Positions 31,257 through 39,914 of a DNA stretch of 64,000 nucleotides are shown piece after piece. The position numbers were made by a program, and so were the translations under genes. This DNA comes from an uncultured Anaerolineaceae bacterium (lineage in GTDB: Bacteria; Chloroflexota; Anaerolineae; Anaerolineales; E44-bin32), in contig CAZGRL010000003.1 of NCBI GenBank assembly GCA_964528155.1, positions 37,036-101,035 of the forward strand, written 5' to 3'. Position 1 is the stretch's first letter; each line of letters starts with the position of its first letter. The notes below the pieces were generated by a model. That model was given only the letters and a program-made list of their open reading frames with translations. It was not told the origin of the DNA and made no database searches.

Positions 31257-32108
31257 ATGCCCCACCCCTCCGTGCCCAGGGCGATCGACTACCTGATCAT
31301 CGGCCACCTCGCCCAGGATGGAGCGGGCGCCGCTTCGCGCTTGGGCGGGACCGCGGCCTACGCGGGTGTCACGGCCGCAGCGATGGGGCGGCAAGTGGGG
31401 CTCGTCACTTCAACGGCTCCCGGTCTCGACCTGGAGCCGTTGTCCGACATCGACCTGGCCAATTCCCCGGCACCGCGTCCGACCAGCTTCGAGAACCGCT
31501 ACGAGAGCGGCAGGCGACGGCAAAGGCTGAATTCCCTGGCAAACCCACTGGGTTTTGAAGACATCCCCGCGGCGTGGCAGCGATCTCCACTGGTGCATCT
31601 TGCGCCCATTGCCGGCGAGGTTGACCCCTCCCTCGCCCGGCGGTTCCCGAATTCGTTCGTGGGTATCACGGCCCAAGGTTGGCTGCGAGAGTGGGATCAT
31701 GAGGGGATCGTGTATGCTTCGTCCTTTGAGGCGATCAAAGATGTGCTGCATTCGGCGGACGCCGTCGTCGTCAGCCTAGAAGATCTCGTCGGCGACCGGC
31801 GGGAGGCCGAAGCCATGGCCGGTCATTGTCGTCTGCTGGCCATCACGGAAGGGGCTAAAGGCGCCACGGTCTTCCGCGAGGGTGAGGTGCGTCACATCCC
31901 GGCGCCGGCCTCCAACGAAGTCGATCCAACAGGGGCCGGCGACGTATTCGCCGCGGCATTCTTCATCCATCTCAGCCTCACCGGCGACCCCTGGCTGGCG
32001 GCCAGATTCGCCAACAGGATCGCCTCGGCCTCCGTCGCGGTTGAGGGCGTCGCCCCCATCGGCGAGCTGGTCGCCAATCTCGAAAGCCAAAGTCAGGCCG
32101 TCGAATGA
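31257..32108 (+). CDS. PfkB-family carbohydrate/nucleoside kinase
   Basis: 283 aa. C-terminal DPTGAGDVFAAAF motif. Confidence 0.8.
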   Translation: MPHPSVPRAIDYLIIGHLAQDGAGAASRLGGTAAYAGVTAAAMGRQVGLVTSTAPGLDLEPLSDIDLANSPAPRPTSFENRYESGRRRQRLNSLANPLGFEDIPAAWQRSPLVHLAPIAGEVDPSLARRFPNSFVGITAQGWLREWDHEGIVYASSFEAIKDVLHSADAVVVSLEDLVGDRREAEAMAGHCRLLAITEGAKGATVFREGEVRHIPAPASNEVDPTGAGDVFAAAFFIHLSLTGDPWLAARFANRIASASVAVEGVAPIGELVANLESQSQAVE

Positions 32109-32908
32109 CACGCATCTACGCAATGGTCAACCAGAAGGGGGGTGTGGGAAAAACGACGACCGTCATCAATCTGGGTGCGTATCTGGCTCAGGCCGGCCAA
32201 CGCATTCTGCTGGTGGATCTTGATCCGCAGGCGAATGCCACGGCCTGCCTGGGTGTGGATCACTCTCAAGTGGATGTTGGAACCTACGACACCCTGATCG
32301 GCCGCGCCGACGCCGGCGACATCTTGCTGTACAACCCGAACCTCAAGCTCTCGCTCCTGCCTTCCTCGCCCGCTCTGGCAGGCGCGCAAGTCGAACTGGT
32401 AGATATCGAATCCCGAGAGTCGCTCCTCAAGCGAGCACTGGCGACAGTCCGAGAGCACTTCGATTACGTCCTGATAGATTGCCCGCCCTCGCTGGGACTG
32501 CTGACAATCAACGGGCTGCTCGCCGCCGCCACCGGCGTGATCATTCCGGTCCAGTGCGAGTATCTGGCCTTGGAAGGATTGACCCAATTGATGCAAACGT
32601 TGAAGCGAGTGCGCAAGGGCTTGTTTCCTTCTTTGAAGGTCCGTGGGCTGCTCTTGACCATGCATGACGCGCGCACCAATCTCTCGCATGACGTCGTGCG
32701 AGAGGTGCGCAGTCACTTCCCAGGGGAGGTTTTCGACACAGTGATTCCGCGCAGCGTGCGCCTGGCGGAAGCGCCATCCCATGGCTTACCGATCTCCGAA
32801 TATGATCCGTCTTCGACCGGAGCGATGGCCTACAAGGAGTTGGCAGAGGAGCTCATGCGAGGGGATCACGTCGAAGTGTCCATGGCCGTTGCCGGAGTGG
32901 GAGGCTGA
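32105..32908 (+). CDS. parA: Chromosome partitioning ATPase ParA/Soj
   Basis: [35 protein letters not shown] overlap with the upstream gene. Confidence 0.92.
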   Translation: MTRIYAMVNQKGGVGKTTTVINLGAYLAQAGQRILLVDLDPQANATACLGVDHSQVDVGTYDTLIGRADAGDILLYNPNLKLSLLPSSPALAGAQVELVDIESRESLLKRALATVREHFDYVLIDCPPSLGLLTINGLLAAATGVIIPVQCEYLALEGLTQLMQTLKRVRKGLFPSLKVRGLLLTMHDARTNLSHDVVREVRSHFPGEVFDTVIPRSVRLAEAPSHGLPISEYDPSSTGAMAYKELAEELMRGDHVEVSMAVAGVGG

Positions 32909-32909
32909 G

Positions 32910-33767
32910 ATGCCGACCAGGCGAGGCCTTGGGAAGGGCCTGGATGCACTGATACCCCGCGCCGACAATTTGGGCGGGGTGGAACAGATCGCCGTTGAGG
33001 CCATCCTTCCGAATCCACGTCAGCCCCGGCGAGATTTCGATTCGGCGGAGCTCGAGGGCTTGGCGGCTTCGATCCGTGAGCACGGCGTGCTCCAACCGCT
33101 GATCGTCACGCCTGAACCCGACAGCAACAAGTATCGGTTGATCGCCGGTGAGCGACGGTTGCAGGCCGCTCAGATGGCCGGCCTGGGCGCCGTGCCGGTC
33201 ATCGTCCGGAGCGCCAGCGACCAGGAACGCCTCGAACTTGCTCTTATCGAGAACCTCCAACGCACCGACCTTAACCCACTTGAGGCGGCCGAGGGTTATC
33301 GTCAACTCATCGAGGATTTCAGCCTGTCACACGAGGACGCCGCCGCAAGGGTCGGGAAGACGCGGACGACCGTGAGCAACACGCTCCGACTGCTCAAGTT
33401 GGGCGAGCCGGCCCGCCAGGCGCTCACCGACGGGAGGATCAGCGAAGGCCACGCGCGCGCCCTGCTGGGCCTCCCCACCGGACAATCGCAGACCGCCGCG
33501 TTGGGGATGATCGAATCGCGGGAGCTCAACGTGCGCCAGACGGAGTCTCTGGTCCGGCGCCTGGCCGGTGAGCGACGGCCGGCGCGCAAGTCAAAGTCGA
33601 AATCGCCCGAAGAGACTGATCTCGAGGCCCAATTGCGTCAGGCCCTTGGCACACGGGTCATCCTGCGCAGGAGCGGCAAGGGCGGCAGCCTGGTCATCCG
33701 CTTCTATTCCGACGAGGAGCTCAACGCGATCCTCGATCGGCTGCTTGACGGCACGACGGGGGATTGA
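32910..33767 (+). CDS. parB: Chromosome partitioning protein ParB/Spo0J
   Basis: Start at ATG 32910 (MPTRRGLGKGLDALIP), 1 nt after the parA stop. Also IAGERRLQAA and LIENLQR. Confidence 0.92.
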   Translation: MPTRRGLGKGLDALIPRADNLGGVEQIAVEAILPNPRQPRRDFDSAELEGLAASIREHGVLQPLIVTPEPDSNKYRLIAGERRLQAAQMAGLGAVPVIVRSASDQERLELALIENLQRTDLNPLEAAEGYRQLIEDFSLSHEDAAARVGKTRTTVSNTLRLLKLGEPARQALTDGRISEGHARALLGLPTGQSQTAALGMIESRELNVRQTESLVRRLAGERRPARKSKSKSPEETDLEAQLRQALGTRVILRRSGKGGSLVIRFYSDEELNAILDRLLDGTTGD

Positions 33768-33768
33768 A

Positions 33769-34839
33769 TTGCGCTACCTCGTCTACGGAGCTGGCGCCGT
33801 CGGAAGCTTCATCGGCGGTTGTCTGGCCCTGGCCGGGAATCCGGTGGTCTTCGTCGGAAGAGGTTCAACCCGGCGAGCTGTGATCGACGGCGGCCTTCAA
33901 CTCACCGGGGACAGGACATCGGGTCTGATAGGCGGACCCGATTTCTTTGAACGGCTTGATCCCGTCCTCGGCCTCCCCTCCCCAGACGTCATCTTGCTTA
34001 CAACCAAGGCCTACGACCTTGCCACGGCGACGGAAGACCTGGCGCGCTTTGCTTCGCATATGCCGCCAATTGTGGGCTTGTTGAACGGAATTGGTACGGA
34101 ATCCTACCTGGCCGCACACATAGGATCGGAGAATGTCATCCCCGCCTCTGTGACGACCGCCGTCCAGAAGATCCAGCCAGGCACGATTCGAGTCGAGCGC
34201 CGACGCGGCGTCGGCCTGGGCGCAGGCCATCCGCTCAGCCGGGCCATCGCCGACGATATGCAAGCCGCCGGTCTGCAGCCCAGGCTGTACTCGAGCCCCG
34301 ATCGAATGAAATGGTCGAAGCTCATCACGAACATCGTCGCCAACGCGACGTGCGCCATAACAGGCTGGTCTCCGGCCGCTGTCTACCGCCACACTGCGCT
34401 CGCGCGACTCGAGCTGAAGAGCCTGCGCGAGGCATTCCAGGTCATGCGCGCGCAGGGACTGTCGCCGGTCAACCTCCCGGGGGTGCCGGTGGCGTTGTTC
34501 GAGCCTCTGCTGGTTCTTCCCGACACCCTTGTCCGGCCGGCGATCGCCCGCTACGTGGCCTCCGGGCGTGGCGCCAAGCCTCCGTCGCTGCACTTCGACA
34601 TCGGGCGTCGTAGATCCGAAATCGGCTGGCTCAATGGTGCGGTCGTTTCGTGGGGAGCGCGCCTGGGCATCGCTACCCCGGCCAACGATGTCTTGACGGA
34701 TGTCATGTCGGAGCTGGTGATGGGCGAGGCCGACCCGGCCGCGTATCACGGTCGACCTGAAGCACTTCTGTCACGGGCAACCGACGCGCGGTCGACGGGC
34801 GTCAGGTATAATGCCGCGTCGGCGACACGTGAGCGTTGA
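33769..34839 (+). CDS. 2-dehydropantoate 2-reductase family (ApbA/PanE-like) oxidoreductase
   Basis: A TTG start at 33769 gives LRYLVYGAGAVGSFIGG (Rossmann GxGxxG). The track ORF from 33568 overlaps parB and is an over-extension. Confidence 0.75.
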   Translation: MRYLVYGAGAVGSFIGGCLALAGNPVVFVGRGSTRRAVIDGGLQLTGDRTSGLIGGPDFFERLDPVLGLPSPDVILLTTKAYDLATATEDLARFASHMPPIVGLLNGIGTESYLAAHIGSENVIPASVTTAVQKIQPGTIRVERRRGVGLGAGHPLSRAIADDMQAAGLQPRLYSSPDRMKWSKLITNIVANATCAITGWSPAAVYRHTALARLELKSLREAFQVMRAQGLSPVNLPGVPVALFEPLLVLPDTLVRPAIARYVASGRGAKPPSLHFDIGRRRSEIGWLNGAVVSWGARLGIATPANDVLTDVMSELVMGEADPAAYHGRPEALLSRATDARSTGVRYNAASATRER

Positions 34840-34956
34840 GCGCGGCTGGGGAGGTTGCGTGTCCGGGGAGAGCGGTCCCGGAGGGACCAGGAGACACGCT
34901 GCCAGCCACTGGGCTGACACGGGATTCAGCCCGGGATCAGGGCGCGAGGAAAAGGC

Positions 34957-35709
34957 TTGACAATGGCATTCGACGGGAAGGTGGCTCTTGTAACAGGTGC
35001 CTCGCGCGGCATCGGGCGCGCGATCGCTCTCGAACTTGGTTCCCTGGGCGCGCGTGTCGCCGTGAACTATCACTCCCAATCCGAGGCAGCTGAACAGGTC
35101 GTCGATGCCATCGCCGGTGCTGGCGGTGAGGCCCACGCTTTCCAGGCCGATGTCGGCGACTTCGCCGAAGCGGAGAAACTCGTCAAGTCGACCATCGAGC
35201 GTTTTGGCGACTTACACATCCTCGTGAACAATGCTGGTATCACCCGCGACGGACTGATCATGACCATGTCCGAGAAGGACTGGGACGACGTTATTCGCAC
35301 CAACCTTAAGTCGACGTTCAATTGCTCCAAGCATGCTGTCCGCCACATGCTTCGGCGACGCTACGGCCGGATCATCAACATCACCTCCATATCCGGACAC
35401 ATTGGGAACGCCGGACAGACGAATTACTCGGCCTCCAAGGCCGGACAGATCGGGTTCACCAAGGCTCTCGCGAGGGAGGTCGCATCGCGGAACATCACCG
35501 TCAACGCGGTGGCAGCCGGCTATATCGATACCGAGATCTGGGAGACTGTGCCCGAGAACATTCGAGAGGGCATGGTTGACTTGATCCCGCTCGGACGCAA
35601 GGGCGAGGCAGAAGACATCGCCAAGGCCGTCGCTTTCCTCGCTTCCGAACAGGCCGGATACGTCACAGGACACATCTTGAGCGTGGACGGCGGGATGGCC
35701 ATGGCCTAG
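34957..35709 (+). CDS. fabG: 3-oxoacyl-ACP reductase (SDR)
   Basis: 250 aa. [25 protein letters not shown]. Confidence 0.88.
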   Translation: MTMAFDGKVALVTGASRGIGRAIALELGSLGARVAVNYHSQSEAAEQVVDAIAGAGGEAHAFQADVGDFAEAEKLVKSTIERFGDLHILVNNAGITRDGLIMTMSEKDWDDVIRTNLKSTFNCSKHAVRHMLRRRYGRIINITSISGHIGNAGQTNYSASKAGQIGFTKALAREVASRNITVNAVAAGYIDTEIWETVPENIREGMVDLIPLGRKGEAEDIAKAVAFLASEQAGYVTGHILSVDGGMAMA

Positions 35710-35774
35710 GAGCCACGCGAATGGCCGCTGTGCACACCGAAGAACAGGGCAGGCCGGGAAGACAGGAAAGTAAA

Positions 35775-36140
35775 ATGGATGACAAGCGAGACGTGGGCGC
35801 GCCCTCCAAAGGAAAGACGACGATCGCTCCAAGTGTATTGCTGACCATCGCCCGCCTGACCGCGCTAGGCGTCCCGGGGGTCGTTCGGATGGCCGAGGTG
35901 CCCGGGGGAGTGGATCGCCTGTTCCGCAAGGGGGCGAGCGAAGGCGTCAGGATTGAAGTCGACGATGATTCGGTCGCCGTCGATCTGTATCTCGTCCTGG
36001 CAAACGAGACCAACGCGCGCGAAGTGAGCCGCACGGTGCAGTCTGAAGTCGCCCGAGCGGTCGAAGACATGGTCGGGATGCAGGTCAAGCGGATCGACAT
36101 ACATATCGAAGACATCGACTTCGGCGAAACGACAGAATGA
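35775..36140 (+). CDS. Asp23/Gls24-family envelope stress protein
   Basis: Start at ATG 35775 (MDDKRDVGAPSKGKTTIAPSVLLTIARLTALGVPGV). Upstream of nusB, as in many Gram-positive-type genomes. Confidence 0.8.
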   Translation: MDDKRDVGAPSKGKTTIAPSVLLTIARLTALGVPGVVRMAEVPGGVDRLFRKGASEGVRIEVDDDSVAVDLYLVLANETNAREVSRTVQSEVARAVEDMVGMQVKRIDIHIEDIDFGETTE

Positions 36141-36153
36141 TGGACATGCCTCA

Positions 36154-36594
36154 ATGAAGCATGAGCGACGCCGGGCAAGGAACCTGGCCATCCAAGTCCT
36201 GTACGAGGTCGATTGTGTTGACCACCCGGCCGACGAAGTCATCGCCCGTCACATCCAGGCAAACGAGACACTCGGATCGGACGGCGCCGAGTTTCTTACG
36301 CGCCTTGTCAAGGGAACCGTCCAATCAAGGCATATCCTGGACCGACTGATCGCCGAATGCGCCCCGGAATGGCCCGTCGACCAACTGGCTGTCGTCGACA
36401 GGAACATCTTGCGGCTGGCGCTGTGGGAGTTCGCCGTCTCCGGTGAGACGCCCGTCAGGGTCGCGATCAACGAGGCCGTGGAGCTGGCGAAGCGCTTCGG
36501 GTCGGACAGTGCCCCGCGGTTCATCAACGGCGTCCTCGGGACCCTGGCCGAGCGCGAACAAGAAATCCGCCGTCAGTTCCAGCCCGCAGGCTGA
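36154..36594 (+). CDS. nusB: Transcription antitermination factor NusB
   Basis: 146 aa. RRRARNLAIQVLYE, AINEAVELAKRFG, RFINGVLG. Confidence 0.9.
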   Translation: MKHERRRARNLAIQVLYEVDCVDHPADEVIARHIQANETLGSDGAEFLTRLVKGTVQSRHILDRLIAECAPEWPVDQLAVVDRNILRLALWEFAVSGETPVRVAINEAVELAKRFGSDSAPRFINGVLGTLAEREQEIRRQFQPAG

Positions 36595-36598
36595 ATGC

Positions 36599-37045
36599 AT
36601 GGAGTTCCTCGGGATCGGGCCGCTCGAGCTTGCCTTTATCATTCTGATCGCCGTGATCGTGATCGGTCCGCGTGACATCGGCAGATTCGCTCGCAGCGCC
36701 GGCCAGTTTCTGAACAGGTTGTATCGCTCGGAGGAATGGAAGGCGCTCAACCAGGCCTCGCGCAATCTACGAACGCTCCCGAATCGGCTGGCCCGCGAGG
36801 CCGCCCTGGACGAGCTCGAGAAGACACGCCAGGAGGCGGAAAAGGCCATCCAAGCCGACAGTCCCTCATCCGAAGCATCTCAAGCCCAGACCGCATCTGA
36901 GGCCGGGAATGCCTCCTGGGGTCCTCGCTTCCCCGAGAAGCAATCCGGCATGCAGGCCTGGGTCGCGCCGTCCAACGACACGCCCCCTTCCCAAGAACCC
37001 GCTGAAGCCTCTGAAGAAACACCAACCTCGGATCCGCCTGCCTGA
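36599..37045 (+). CDS. TatA/B-family Sec-independent translocase component (TatB-like)
   Basis: Start at ATG 36599 (MEFLGIGPLELAFIILIAVIVIGPRD). Amphipathic, acidic tail. Immediately precedes tatC. Confidence 0.75.
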   Translation: MEFLGIGPLELAFIILIAVIVIGPRDIGRFARSAGQFLNRLYRSEEWKALNQASRNLRTLPNRLAREAALDELEKTRQEAEKAIQADSPSSEASQAQTASEAGNASWGPRFPEKQSGMQAWVAPSNDTPPSQEPAEASEETPTSDPPA

Positions 37046-37902
37046 TGCTCAAATCCATTCTTCGCACCCTCGGACGGATCGTGATGGCCCCCGTCCGTTT
37101 GATCAAATGGCCCTACCGTCGCCTGCAACAGTTCTTGTCGTACGAGCCGGAGGAGACGTCGACCGTCGATGTCTTCGCCAAAGCCATCGAGCGCCCATCC
37201 ATTCTCGTCGAGCATTTGGAGGCTTTGCGCGCCCACTTGTTTCGCTCCGTGGCCGTTCTGGCACTCACGACGGCGTTGAGCTTTGCCGTGGCGGGCAAGA
37301 TCCTGGCCTGGCTCACCGAGCCAATCGGCGGTATCCAGGAGCTGCAGGCGATCGAGGTGACCGAGTCGATCGGGGCCTACATGCGCGTGTCTCTGCTCAG
37401 TGGGTTTGCTCTGGCATTCCCCTACATCTGCTTCGAGTTCTTCGCCTTCATCAATCCCGGGCTTCGGCGTCGCGAACGGGTGCTGATCCTCACCGCCATT
37501 CCGGCGGCTTTCATCCTCTTTCTGGCCGGCCTGGCCTTCGCGTATTTCGTCATGCTCCCGGCGGCGCTTCCGTTCTTGCTCAACTTCATGGGGATTTCGA
37601 CCCGGGTTCGCCCGATGAACTATGTACGCTTCGTGACCGGGCTGATGTTCTGGATCGGGGTCGCGTTTCAGTTCCCCCTGATCGTCTACGCGCTGGCGGC
37701 CATCGGTATCGTCAACGCCCGTTCGCTGATGAACGGCTGGCGCTTTGCCGTGGTGGGGATTGCCGTCCTGGCGGCGGCCGTAACCCCCACGGTCGACCCG
37801 GTGAACATGGCGTTGGTGATGGCGCCCATGATCATCCTGTATTTCCTGAGCATCGGACTGGCCGCAATTGCCGGGCGCCGTCGAGAACCTGCCGAGACCT
37901 GA
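37045..37902 (+). CDS. tatC: Twin-arginine translocase subunit TatC
   Basis: 285 aa, 6 TM helices, VEHLEALRAHLFRS, and an FxFINPGL-type loop. Confidence 0.9.
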   Translation: MLKSILRTLGRIVMAPVRLIKWPYRRLQQFLSYEPEETSTVDVFAKAIERPSILVEHLEALRAHLFRSVAVLALTTALSFAVAGKILAWLTEPIGGIQELQAIEVTESIGAYMRVSLLSGFALAFPYICFEFFAFINPGLRRRERVLILTAIPAAFILFLAGLAFAYFVMLPAALPFLLNFMGISTRVRPMNYVRFVTGLMFWIGVAFQFPLIVYALAAIGIVNARSLMNGWRFAVVGIAVLAAAVTPTVDPVNMALVMAPMIILYFLSIGLAAIAGRRREPAET

Positions 37903-38008
37903 GCGACCCTCCCCCAGAACACCTGCAGTAGATGCCAGTGACACAGGATGGCTGCTCATCCCCTGATGCGCTTGCACGTGAAGCGACAGCGATCCCCACC
38001 CCCTCTAT

Positions 38009-38117
38009 CCCCTCCCCCGTCGTCCTGACCGGAGCAGTCGAAGGACGGGGGAGGGGAATGAGGAGGCGATTTTTAAGGATGGGACCGGCGCAGCCGGTCC
38101 CATCCTTCAAAATCGCC
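38009..38117. repeat. Bipartite palindromic element, same family as 26332-26438
   Basis: Hairpin 1: CCCCTCCCCCGTC...GACGGGGGAGGGG. Hairpin 2: GGCGATTTTTAAGGATGGGACCGGC-GCA-GCCGGTCCCATCCTTCAAAATCGCC, paired at 24 of 25 positions. Lies between convergent tatC and the methyltransferase. Confidence 0.85.
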
Positions 38118-38144
38118 ACTGGATGGCTCGAGCGCACCAGCCCC

Positions 38145-38891
38145 TCAATTGCGTGGCAGCGGCCGCAGGCGGGCGATCTGGACTGACTCGCGCAACAGGA
38201 TCTCTTTGTCTCTCTCGCGAGTGCGGAACAGATCTTCAATCAGGCGCGCAGTCGAATCTTCGATGAACGCATCTTGCCACTCGCTTTCGAGGTGGTGCCT
38301 GAGATCATCAAGCGAGGGCGCGTGGGTTGTGAAACGGAAGCGGGTCTTGCGCTCAAGCTTGAACCACCCTCGCTCGATCACTTGCGCCAGGGCCTGATCC
38401 GCCTGCTCGTACTCGAGGTAGTCGTCCGTCTCGCGCAACCATCCTGCATCATGGACTCTTCCGGCAATCCGAACCTGAATCGAGGGCGGTTCAGGGGATG
38501 GATGGATATCGACCAGCGCACCGTCGGGTTGGAGCAGACCGTGGATTTTCTCCAGGGCATGAACCATGCCCTCGGCTTCGATTCATCAAAGGCTCCAGGA
38601 GAGCAGCACTACGTTGAAGGCGAGAGGCCCCGCCGGAGGCGTATACGCTTCGAGACCGATCGCTCGAAAATCTATTCGGCCACGTAGATCGTTCGGGAGC
38701 CTCATCTTGGCCAGGGCGATGTCGTCCTCATCCGGGTCGATCGCGATGACATGGGCCACTCGATCAGCGTATCGGAAAGTCAACCGCCCATCCCCGGCGC
38801 CGATCTCGAGGACGCGCGGCGGCGTCGGCGCTTGCAGGAATTCGAGCACCGTCCGCAGCTCTTCGCCTTCTGGATCAAGGATGACTGCCAT
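38145..38891 (-). pseudogene. Class I SAM-dependent methyltransferase interrupted by two consecutive in-frame TGA codons
   Basis: ORFs 38586-38891 and 38145-38567 are in the same frame. The joint reading is ...VLEIGAGDGRLT...FNVVLLSWSL-TGA-TGA-IEAEGMVHALEKIHGLLQPDGALV. The stops (38583-38588) sit where this fold usually has two residues before the post-II helix. Confidence 0.7.
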
Positions 38892-38999
38892 CGACGATGA
38901 CTCCTTCAGTCAGGCACGGGTACACCTTGGCCGCACCCCCCAGCCGCTCAGTGTCTGAGTCTCACCAGCATGCGGGCGACACGACCGCCCAAGCTGAAA

Positions 39000-39605
39000 T
39001 CAAGCCTTGCTTCGCCGCTGCACCTGCCTGCGCATGATCGGTCGCCGAGGAGAGCGCCGGGCGACTTCGCGGAAACCCTCTCGCTCGAACGTCGAGGCCG
39101 AGCCGGGGAAAGCATCGGCGGCGGAGAATTTCGAGCCCGGCGCGCGCTCCACAGGGTAGCCCTCCACCAGTGTCGCTCCTTCAGCCGCGGCGTGGTCGAC
39201 AGCGGCCTTGACGAGCGCCCGGGAGAGCCCCTGCCTGCGGTGCGCCTTGGAGACAAAGAAGCACACGATCGACCATACCGGCCGATCATCCACCCTTTTC
39301 AAGACATGCGACCTCTCCAACGAAGAGAATTCCTCTCGAGGGGCGACCGAAACCCAGCCAACGGGTTCTCCGCCGATGTATGCCAGCAGGCCCGGCACCC
39401 GACCGCTGTCAACGATCCGCTTGAGCGCTTTTCGGTTCCCTTCGTTCGAATTCTCGCTCCATTCCGATCGCTTGATTCGATACCACATGCACCAGCATCC
39501 GCTACACGCCCCACGCGGCCCGAAAAGCCGCTCGAGATCTTCCCACCGTTCGGGCGTCACCGGATGAAACCGAATGTCAGACTTCCTCACCATGACCTTC
39601 TCCAT
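39000..39605 (-). CDS. GNAT-family N-acetyltransferase
   Basis: 201 aa. VCFFVSKAHRRQGLSRALVKAAVDHA matches the acetyl-CoA binding R/Q-x-x-G-x-A/G motif. Confidence 0.8.
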   Translation of the reverse strand: MEKVMVRKSDIRFHPVTPERWEDLERLFGPRGACSGCWCMWYRIKRSEWSENSNEGNRKALKRIVDSGRVPGLLAYIGGEPVGWVSVAPREEFSSLERSHVLKRVDDRPVWSIVCFFVSKAHRRQGLSRALVKAAVDHAAAEGATLVEGYPVERAPGSKFSAADAFPGSASTFEREGFREVARRSPRRPIMRRQVQRRSKA

Positions 39606-39690
39606 TCATTCGCACGGGTATGGGTTCTTACCGACGCTGCCTCCGCCCTCATTATGGAGCATTCCACGCTTTTATCTTACCCGGATTGAG

Positions 39691-39846
39691 GAATTGCAGA
39701 GGGTCACCGCTGGGGTGAGTTCCAACCGGATGAGGAATACGGGAAGATGTATGTTGGACGGCGGCAGAGCCGCCGTCCAACATACATCTTCCCTCTAGAA
39801 CGAGGCCGCGACCCTCGATATGGGACGCACCCTCGCCGTTGGCGTA
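39691..39846. repeat. Nested palindromic element, diverged copy of 27411-27562
   Basis: Inner: GGGAAGATGTATGTTGGACGGCGG-CAGAG-CCGCCGTCCAACATACATCTTCCC (39741-39793). The outer arms AATTGCAGAGGGT... and ...GGGACGCACCCTCGCC are degenerate. Confidence 0.8.
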
Positions 39847-39914
39847 TTCTTTCGCGCGATCGCGCCCAGGGGTACAATCATCCTACCCCGCACGTTTCTC
39901 CAAGGAGGCCGAGC

